Made by a program: the position numbers and the translations under genes. From Eubacteriales bacterium (GTDB lineage Bacteria > Bacillota > Clostridia > Oscillospirales > CAG-382), in contig JAZOCR010000150.1 in NCBI GenBank assembly GCA_045596605.1, positions 1 to 44,671 of the forward strand: 44,671 nt of DNA. Reading direction: 5' to 3'. Below, piece after piece: positions 37,552-44,671 of the stretch. How positions within the stretch are numbered: the stretch's first letter is position 1; each line of letters starts with the position of its first letter. The notes under the pieces were generated by a model. The model saw only the letters and a list, made by a program, of their open reading frames with translations. It did not search any database and was not told where the DNA came from.

Positions 37552-40224
37552 ATGAACAAGAACTATGAGATTGTGGACAGCGTAGAAAAGCTGGAGCAGT
37601 GCTTTGACCGTGTCAGAGCGGCTCAGAAGGAATTTGCAACCTACACACAGGAGCAGGTTGACAAGATTTTCCTTGCGGCAGCATCGGCTGCAAACAAGGC
37701 AAGAATTTCTCTTGCAAAAATGGCAGTTGCCGAAACCGGCATGGGCGTAGTAGAAGATAAGGTTATCAAGAACCACTACGCAGCAGAATACATTTATAAC
37801 GCATACAAGGATACAAAAACCTGCGGCGTTGTAGAAGAAGACAAGGCATATGGCATAAAGAAAATTGCAGAGCCTATCGGTGTTATCGCAGCGGTAATTC
37901 CTACGACTAACCCTACCTCTACCGCAATTTTCAAAACTCTTATTTCACTTAAGACACGTAACGGTATCATCATCAGCCCCCACCCCAGAGCAAAGAACTC
38001 TACAATTGCTGCTGCAAAGCTCGTGCTTGAAGCGGCGGTTGCTGCAGGCGCTCCCGAGGGAATTATCGGCTGGATAGATATTCCCAGCCTCGAGCTTACA
38101 AACCTCGTTATGAAGGAAGCTGACATTATCCTTGCAACCGGAGGCCCCGGAATGGTTAAGGCGGCTTACTCCAGCGGAAAGCCCGCACTCGGCGTTGGTG
38201 CAGGTAACACTCCTGCAATTATCGACGATACCGCAGACCTTCTTCTTGCAGTAAACTCTATAATTCATTCAAAGACCTTTGACAACGGTATGATTTGTGC
38301 ATCTGAACAGTCAGTTATCGTTCTTGACAGCATTTACGACAAGGTAAAGGCAGAATTCGCTTCGAGAGGCTGCTACTTCCTTACAGAAGACGAAACAGAA
38401 AAGGTTCGTAAGACAATTATCATCAACGGCGCATTGAACGCTAAAATCGTTGGTCAGAGCGCAGCGAAGATTGCAGAGCTTTCCGGTGTAGAAGTTCCCG
38501 CAGGAACAAAGATACTTATCGGTGAGGTTGAAAGCGTTGACATTTCCGAAGAATTTGCTCACGAAAAGCTTTCTCCCGTTCTTGCAATGTACAAGGCAAA
38601 GACCTTTGACGAGGCTCTCAGTAAGGCTGACAGACTTGTTGCAGACGGCGGCTTCGGTCATACATCTTCCGTATATCTTAACGAAGTTACAGAAAAAGAA
38701 AAGCTTGACAAGTTTGCTGCTCGTATGAAGACCTGCCGTATTCTTGTAAACACACCCTCCTCTCACGGTGGTATAGGTGACCTTTATAACTTCAAGCTCG
38801 CTCCCTCACTCACACTCGGCTGTGGCTCATGGGGCGGAAACTCCGTTTCTGAAAACGTTGGAGTTAAACACCTTCTTAACATTAAGACAGTAGCAGAGAG
38901 GAGAGAGAATATGCTTTGGTTCAGAGCACCTCAGAAGATATATATCAAGAAGGGTTGTCTGCCTGTTGCCCTTGACGAACTTAAGAACGTAATGGGCAAG
39001 AAGAGAGCATTCGTTGTAACAGACAGCTTCCTTTACAAGAATGGCTATTCAAAGCCTATAACAGACAAGCTTGACAGCATGGGTATTGTTCACACCACAT
39101 TCTTTGAGGTTGAGCCCGACCCGACACTTGCCTGCGCTATTGCCGGCGCAAAGCAGATGGCTGCATTTGAGCCTGACGTAATTATCGCTCTCGGCGGCGG
39201 CAGCGCTATGGACGCAGCTAAGATTATGTGGGTTATGTACGAGCATCCCGAAGCTGACTTTATGGATATGGCAATGAGATTTATCGATATCCGTAAGAGA
39301 GTTTACACATTCCCCAAGATGGGCGAAAAGGCATACTTCGTTGCTATCCCCACATCTGCAGGTACAGGCTCTGAGGTTACTCCCTTCGCAGTTATTACTG
39401 ACGAAAAGACAGGTGTTAAGTATCCTCTTGCTGACTACGAGCTTCTTCCCAACATGGCAATTATCGATACAGACTTCCATATGAGCGCACCCAGAGGACT
39501 TACAGCTGCATCAGGTATCGACGCAGTTACTCATGCCCTTGAAGCTTATGCTTCCATGCTTGCAACAGATTACACAGACGGTCTTGCACTTGGCTCACTT
39601 AAGACTGTATTTGAATATCTCCCCAGAGCATACGAAAACGGACAGACAGACGTTGAAGCAAGAGAAAAGATGGCAAACGCTGCAACAATGGCAGGTATGG
39701 CATTCGCAAATGCATTCCTCGGAATTTGCCACTCCCTTGCTCACAAGCTCGGTGCTTTCCATCACCTTCCTCACGGCGTTGCAAACGCTCTTATGATTGA
39801 CGAAGTAATAAGATTCAACGCATCTGAGGTTCCGGTTAAGATGGGTACATTCTCACAGTATGACCACCCGCACACAAAGGCTCGCTACGCAGAAGTAGCT
39901 ACACACCTCGGACTCGGCGGCAAGACAGATGACGAAAAGGTGGAAAACCTTATAAAGGCTCTGGATGAGCTCAAGGCAAAGGTAGGCATCAAGAGCACAA
40001 TTAAGGAATACGTTCCGGACGAAGCAGACTTCCTTGCACGTCTTGACGAAATGACCGAGCAGGCATTCGACGACCAGTGCACAGGCGCTAACCCCAGATA
40101 TCCGCTTATGAGCGAACTCAAGCAGATATATCTCAACGCTTACTACGGTAAGACATTTGTAGAACCGGAAATGCCCAAGGCAGAAGCTGCAAAGAGTACA
40201 GCTTCCCGCAAGGCTAAGAAATAA
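37552..40224 (+). CDS. adhE: Bifunctional acetaldehyde-CoA/alcohol dehydrogenase
   Basis: PTTNPTST, ATGGPGMV, FDNGMICASEQ, GCGSWGGNS, linker RRENMLWF, GGGSAMD and HSLAH; ATG 37552 after AGGAGG. Confidence 0.97.
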   Translation: MNKNYEIVDSVEKLEQCFDRVRAAQKEFATYTQEQVDKIFLAAASAANKARISLAKMAVAETGMGVVEDKVIKNHYAAEYIYNAYKDTKTCGVVEEDKAYGIKKIAEPIGVIAAVIPTTNPTSTAIFKTLISLKTRNGIIISPHPRAKNSTIAAAKLVLEAAVAAGAPEGIIGWIDIPSLELTNLVMKEADIILATGGPGMVKAAYSSGKPALGVGAGNTPAIIDDTADLLLAVNSIIHSKTFDNGMICASEQSVIVLDSIYDKVKAEFASRGCYFLTEDETEKVRKTIIINGALNAKIVGQSAAKIAELSGVEVPAGTKILIGEVESVDISEEFAHEKLSPVLAMYKAKTFDEALSKADRLVADGGFGHTSSVYLNEVTEKEKLDKFAARMKTCRILVNTPSSHGGIGDLYNFKLAPSLTLGCGSWGGNSVSENVGVKHLLNIKTVAERRENMLWFRAPQKIYIKKGCLPVALDELKNVMGKKRAFVVTDSFLYKNGYSKPITDKLDSMGIVHTTFFEVEPDPTLACAIAGAKQMAAFEPDVIIALGGGSAMDAAKIMWVMYEHPEADFMDMAMRFIDIRKRVYTFPKMGEKAYFVAIPTSAGTGSEVTPFAVITDEKTGVKYPLADYELLPNMAIIDTDFHMSAPRGLTAASGIDAVTHALEAYASMLATDYTDGLALGSLKTVFEYLPRAYENGQTDVEAREKMANAATMAGMAFANAFLGICHSLAHKLGAFHHLPHGVANALMIDEVIRFNASEVPVKMGTFSQYDHPHTKARYAEVATHLGLGGKTDDEKVENLIKALDELKAKVGIKSTIKEYVPDEADFLARLDEMTEQAFDDQCTGANPRYPLMSELKQIYLNAYYGKTFVEPEMPKAEAAKSTASRKAKK

Positions 40225-40241
40225 TAAGGGAGGATACCAGT

Positions 40242-40991
40242 ATGAAATTTGAATATGTTATAGCAGAACGCTCCAACAAAACCATTTACCGCAGCGGAGA
40301 CCATTCAGTAAAGGTTTTCAAAGATAACGAAACAAAGGTAAATATCCTCAACGAAGCACTTAACCACGCAAAAATCGAAGAAACCGGTATTAACGTTGCC
40401 AAGATTCACGAGGTTGGCAAGCTTGAATGCGGCTGGACAATTGTACTTGATTATATCGAAGGCGAAACACTTGATTCTCTTATGGAAAAGCATCCCGAGG
40501 ATATCCAGAAGTATATGGATATGTTCGTTGACGTTCAGCTTTCCATTCACGAGAAGCGTGCTCCCGGACTTCTTAAAATCAAGGAAAAGATGCACGCAAA
40601 AATAAGCGCTGCTCCCATTGATGCAACCACAAGATACGAGCTTCACACAAGACTCGTGGGTATGCCCAAGCACAACAAGGTTTGTCACGGTGACCTTCAG
40701 CCCGAAGACGTTATTATAACAAAGGACGGCAAGGCTTACGTTCTTGACTGGGCACACGCAACACAGGGTAACGGTGCTGCTGATGCCGCAAGAAGCTACC
40801 TTCTCTTTAACCTTCGTGGCAAAAAGGAGCTCGGCGACCTCTATCTCAAGACATTCTGCAAAAAGAGCGACACTGCAATGCAGTACGTTCAGAAATGGCT
40901 TCCCATCGTTGCAGCTTCACAGCTTGTGAAGGGCAAGCCGGAGGAAAAGGAATTTCTTATGTCCTGGGTTGACGTTGTAGATTACGAATAA
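40242..40991 (+). CDS. APH/choline-kinase-like phosphotransferase
   Basis: VKVF...NEA, DYIEGETL, CHGDLQPED and LDW..ATQG...AD.A; 17 bp after adhE with a GGGAGG RBS. Confidence 0.8.
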   Translation: MKFEYVIAERSNKTIYRSGDHSVKVFKDNETKVNILNEALNHAKIEETGINVAKIHEVGKLECGWTIVLDYIEGETLDSLMEKHPEDIQKYMDMFVDVQLSIHEKRAPGLLKIKEKMHAKISAAPIDATTRYELHTRLVGMPKHNKVCHGDLQPEDVIITKDGKAYVLDWAHATQGNGAADAARSYLLFNLRGKKELGDLYLKTFCKKSDTAMQYVQKWLPIVAASQLVKGKPEEKEFLMSWVDVVDYE

Positions 40992-41000
40992 TAAAAAGCT

Positions 41001-41031
41001 AAGGTCACGGAAAAATTTCCGTGACCTTTTT
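41001..41031 (+). terminator. Intrinsic terminator after the adhE-kinase operon
   Basis: AAGGTCACGGAAA-loop-TTTCCGTGACCTT followed by a T run. Confidence 0.8.
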
Positions 41032-41134
41032 GTCATATAATGAAATTTCCGCTTCAAGTTTTGGTATGAAGCGGTTATTTGCTTTCTGTTTCTCAAATCA
41101 CCTTTGTGTTCCCGACATAACGCTTCCCTCATCC

Positions 41135-41278
41135 AAGCCTTCCTCCGGGAGGAAGGTGGCTTTGCCGAAGGCAAAGACGGAAGGAGTCTGCGTGCATATC
41201 AAATTATATCTAAATTTCAGCGCAGCGCACTCTCCCTCAGTCAGCTTACGCTGACAGCTCCCTCTCGGAGGGAGCCTT
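41135..41278. repeat. Inverted doublet of GC-rich two-hairpin REP-like units
   Basis: Left: AAGCCTTCCTCCGGGAGGAAGGTGGCTTTGCCGAAGGCAAAGACGGAAGGAGT. Right, reverse-complemented: AAGGCTCCCTCCGAGAGGGAGCTGTCAGCGTAAGCTGACTGAGGGAGAGT. Confidence 0.75.
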
Positions 41279-41329
41279 ATGGTGGGAAATATTTATTCCG
41301 GAATACATTACCCAGTTGAAACTTCTGTT

Positions 41330-42280
41330 TTAAATTTCAAGCCCTGCGTAGCTTTCCTCAAGGGTGTCGCAGGAAGCGTAAAGCTTTTCTTTTTCCTCGT
41401 CTGTAAGAGAGAAAGTCACAACCTTTTGTATTCCGTTTCTGTTGACGATGCAAGGCACACCAACAAACACACCGTTTCTGCCGTATTCACCCTTAAGCAT
41501 AGCAGATACTGTGAGAATACTGTTTTCGTTTCCGAGAATAGCCTTAGTTATTCTAACAAGAGCCATGCCTATTCCGTAATAGGTTGCACGCTTTGCTTCT
41601 ATTATCTTCTGTGCGGCGAGGCGCACGTTTTCACTTATTTTGTCAAGCTCCTCACAGCTGAATTTTCCACCGGATTCCTCTATTACTTCGGTAACCGGCT
41701 TTGTTGCCATAAGAGCCTGTGACCAGGGAACAAACTCACTGTCACCGTGCTCGCCTATTACGTATGCGTGAATATTTCTCGGGTCAACCGAAAGGTATTC
41801 ACCGACAAGATAACGAAGTCTTGCGGTATCAAGTGTAGTGCCGGTGCCCAGCACACGCCTTGGATTAAATCCTGAAAGGGTACAGGTCACTCTCGTCATA
41901 ATATCAACAGGGTTTGTGGCAACAAGGAAAATTCCGTTAAATCCCGATTCTGTAACCGGGTCTATAATAGACTTGAAAACAGCAGTATTTCTTAGAAGTA
42001 AGTCAAGCCTTGATTCGCCCGGCTTCTGTGCAACACCCGCACAGATTACTACGATATCCGCATCCTCGCAGTCAGAGTATGTGCCTTCGTAAATTTTCAT
42101 ATTGGAGCCGGAAAAGGCAAGACCGTGATTTAAGTCCATAGCTTCTCCCTGTGCCTTTCTTCTATCTACGTCAATCAGTACAAGCTCGTCGCAGGCGTTC
42201 TGATTGAGAAGTGCGTAAGCATAGCTCATTCCCACCATTCCTGTGCCGACAAGAACTACTTTTCTGTTATCTGATGTCAT
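41330..42280 (-). CDS. ldh: L-lactate dehydrogenase
   Basis: GTGMVG, AGVAQKPGESRLDL, ATNPVD, GTTLDTAR, GEHGDS and ATYYGIG. Confidence 0.95.
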   Translation of the reverse strand: MTSDNRKVVLVGTGMVGMSYAYALLNQNACDELVLIDVDRRKAQGEAMDLNHGLAFSGSNMKIYEGTYSDCEDADIVVICAGVAQKPGESRLDLLLRNTAVFKSIIDPVTESGFNGIFLVATNPVDIMTRVTCTLSGFNPRRVLGTGTTLDTARLRYLVGEYLSVDPRNIHAYVIGEHGDSEFVPWSQALMATKPVTEVIEESGGKFSCEELDKISENVRLAAQKIIEAKRATYYGIGMALVRITKAILGNENSILTVSAMLKGEYGRNGVFVGVPCIVNRNGIQKVVTFSLTDEEKEKLYASCDTLEESYAGLEI

Positions 42281-42369
42281 GTTTTTCTCCTCTTGTATGT
42301 TTTTTATTATTTTACCATAGATTGGTTTTTTTATGCAAGGTGTGATATGTTAATTTGCTTTGTGTTATT

Positions 42370-42710
42370 GTAGGGTTGGGCAGGAAAAATCATTTTTTAG
42401 GCAGCCCGACGACAACGAAAAAGTCTTAAGACTTTTTTTATGTTTGAAGAATTTGCAAGCAAATTCTTCCTGTACCAACCACTTCATCGTCAGGTCGGGG
42501 GAATGTATGTTACTTTTTCTTTGCAAAAAGAAAAAGTATTATTCCTATAAGGTTCTTGGTATATGAAGAATTTTCAAATAAAAATTCTTCGGACATAAGA
42601 AAACCGTAGGTTTTCGTTGTATTTTTCTTTCTGTAAAGAAAAAGTATTATTCTGATAATATTTTTGGCAAGGAGGAAATTTGCTCTGCACATCCTTCAAA
42701 ACATAAAAAA
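42370..42710. repeat. Composite cluster of palindromic repeat modules (copy IV, terminal modules only)
   Basis: About 42435-42539 is the near reverse complement of ~30526-30630. Further GAAGAATTT hairpins at ~42565 and ~42672; degenerate GTAG-footed stem at 42370-42410. Confidence 0.8.
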
Positions 42711-42761
42711 TACGGCGAGCGGAAAATACTCCGTTCGCCATTTTGTTATTATTTATAAGTT

Positions 42762-43721
42762 TTATTTTCCAAGCACGTAAACACGGTATGCAAGAAGTAT
42801 GCTCTGCTCAAGCGTGCAGGAGTTTTTCGGAGAAAGTGTTGTATCTGAAGTACCCTTCATAATGCCGTTTGCCGCAAGCACGCCAACGCCCTCACGTGCC
42901 CAAGTAGAAAGCTGCGCCTTGTCGGTGAAGCCGTCGAGATTTGCGCTCTTTGGAGCAAGGTCTGTGCCTGTGGTTTTTTTGACGTAGTTTATGGCACGGT
43001 AAATCATAGTTGCAATCTGCTCACGATTTGTTGCGGCGGTCGGGTCGAACTTGTCATTTCCCACACCGTTTACTATTCCTGCACTTGCCGCAAGCATAAC
43101 TGCACTATTTGTGCAGTCTGTGAAAGAAAGAGTGGTGTCAAGTTCGGGAGCTTTTCCGCAGGCAACCGTAACAAACTGAACTATAAGCTCTGCAAACTGC
43201 TCACGGGTAATGGTGTCCTGATAGCCGGGGTTGCCGGTAAAAGTGGGGATAATCCCTGCCGCACGTGCGGCGTCTACCTCTGCCTTTGCCCAATCAGATG
43301 GCGGGTTTGATTCTGCACCGACCTTTACAAAATATTCCTTACACTCTTTGCCGTCAAAGTCAACAAGAACAAGGCGATAAATAATATTTGTCTTGGGAAG
43401 GGCAAAGGGCACGCCACTATCAAAAAGTGAGCTTTCATCAGCCGCTGTGCCTTTAACAGCATCAATTTCAAAAATTTTGGGAATATAGCTCCAGTCGTCA
43501 AAGCCCACCTCTGCGCCCTCCGGGAAGTGGTATACGGTTACTTCATTGCCCTGATAAGTAATCGTGCTTGTACCTGTAAAGGGCATATCCCAGAAAAATG
43601 CGGGAGCCATTCGGGTGCCTTCTTCGTCACCGAGAAGATATACGTCTTCATCTGCAAGCACCGGCGCTGCAAGACCTATGCAAAGGATAAGAGCTAAAAT
43701 AAGTGATAGTAATTTTTTCAT
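42762..43721 (-). CDS. Secreted S-layer homology (SLH) domain protein
   Basis: Signal peptide MKKLLSLILAL...VLA; SLH motifs PSDWA, ITREQFA, GIVNGVG..FDP....REQIA and GIMKG; GGAGG RBS; promoter TTGACT-17-TATAAT at 43787-43759. Confidence 0.88.
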   Translation of the reverse strand: MKKLLSLILALILCIGLAAPVLADEDVYLLGDEEGTRMAPAFFWDMPFTGTSTITYQGNEVTVYHFPEGAEVGFDDWSYIPKIFEIDAVKGTAADESSLFDSGVPFALPKTNIIYRLVLVDFDGKECKEYFVKVGAESNPPSDWAKAEVDAARAAGIIPTFTGNPGYQDTITREQFAELIVQFVTVACGKAPELDTTLSFTDCTNSAVMLAASAGIVNGVGNDKFDPTAATNREQIATMIYRAINYVKKTTGTDLAPKSANLDGFTDKAQLSTWAREGVGVLAANGIMKGTSDTTLSPKNSCTLEQSILLAYRVYVLGK

Positions 43722-43912
43722 TTTGGAAATCCTCCGTTTTGTGTTTTCTTTAGTCATTATTATACTCTTTTTGCCATAAAAAGTCAAGGCGAGGAAAAAA
43801 TGATTTATCTATATAACTATTTTTATAATACAAAACCTGCAGAATAATATTGAAAAATATCAGAAACTATGATAAAATGTATGTGATTTAACACGAACGA
43901 GGAGTCAGATAA

Positions 43913-44518
43913 ATGAATTTTTATATAATGCTTTCTGCACTTACAGATGATGACAGACTTTTTGCAGAGAAGATATATATTGAATACGGCGATTATATGT
44001 ATGCAGTAGCTTATGATGTGCTAAAGCACAAGGAGGACGCAGAAGACGCCGTAAACGACGCAATGTGCAAAATTATAAAATATTTATCAAAATTCGAGGG
44101 AAGCGCTAACGAAGAAGTTTGTAATATGGTTATTATATGTATCAGAAGTATTGTGAAAAACAAAGCAATTGATAACTATAACAAAAACAAGAAGCGTGCA
44201 AAGCATCAGGCAGACCTTTACATAAAGGACGAAGAAACCGACGATTACGTTATGTGTGACTTCAAGGACGAAAGTGCAGATTTGGAGGATGCGGTAATAA
44301 AAAAAGAAGAATGCGAGATAGTCAGAAAGGCTTTGCTTGAGTTATCCGAGGATATGCAGGACGCAGTAAATCTCGTTTATATGTGCGGATATTCAAGCGT
44401 TGAGGCAGCCGATTTTCTTGGAATAAGTGATAATGCGGTCAGGGCAAGACTTTTTAAGGCGAGAAACAAGCTTAGAAAAATTTTGAATAAGGAGTTGAAC
44501 ACAGATGGCAAGAAATGA
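43913..44518 (+). CDS. ECF (sigma-70 group 4) RNA polymerase sigma factor
   Basis: DAEDAVND, KNKAID, and region 4 L....GYS..EAA.FLGISDNAVRARLFKARNKL. Confidence 0.9.
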   Translation: MNFYIMLSALTDDDRLFAEKIYIEYGDYMYAVAYDVLKHKEDAEDAVNDAMCKIIKYLSKFEGSANEEVCNMVIICIRSIVKNKAIDNYNKNKKRAKHQADLYIKDEETDDYVMCDFKDESADLEDAVIKKEECEIVRKALLELSEDMQDAVNLVYMCGYSSVEAADFLGISDNAVRARLFKARNKLRKILNKELNTDGKK

Positions 44519-44671
44519 TAAATTAGATGCATTGATAATGCTATGTGGCGACGAACTTATAAAAAAGAATAATGAGATTTTTATAGGCACCGATACTTCA
44601 AATGTAATTCGTCCGAAATCCCTTGACAGACGGGTCAGAAGAAATATAAACAGAGAAAACAGGAAAAAGGA
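44505..44671 (+). CDS. Probable anti-sigma factor, N-terminal part (partial)
   Basis: The ATG overlaps the end of the sigma gene; MARNDKLDALIMLCGDELIKK...PKSLDRRVRRNINRENRKK is open to the window end. The call rests on position. Confidence 0.5.
   Translation, partial: MARNDKLDALIMLCGDELIKKNNEIFIGTDTSNVIRPKSLDRRVRRNINRENRKK

Noticed and set aside
40242-40991. Aminoglycoside resistance gene
   Set aside because: Only fold-level APH motifs; the operon context with adhE suggests a metabolic role.

Overview
Chromosomal window from a low-GC, spore-forming Firmicute (Clostridia-like, inferred from gene content and sigma-A promoters). Bases 1-14.5 kb are the distal part of a capsule/exopolysaccharide locus: DUF1919, GT4, pyruvyl-transferase family, flippase, FrhB-like Fe-S protein, UDP-GlcA epimerase, ugd, an embedded amino-acid permease, fnlABC/capEFG and a nucleotidyltransferase. 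The rest is mostly housekeeping: spore-coat protein, ymdB, ychF, a three-gene lipid-modification operon, FAD oxidoreductase, copA, lysine riboswitch-dapA-dapB-lysA, feoAB, oppA, a second flippase, adhE plus kinase, ldh, an SLH protein and an ECF sigma/anti-sigma pair. The most unusual content is non-coding. (i) A family of modular, ~600-nt imperfect palindromic elements built from stacked, covarying hairpins recurs at ~16.4-17.0, 26.0-26.7, 29.9-30.6 and 42.4-42.7 kb. (ii) An ATATCGC/hairpin array lies directly behind a promoter at 21.0-21.3 kb. (iii) There are other REP-like elements. (iv) A dense DnaA-box-like cluster at 15.2-15.6 kb has no dnaA nearby. No transposase, CRISPR array, tRNA or rRNA was seen. 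All calls were made by eye from motifs; no searches or folding programs were run.
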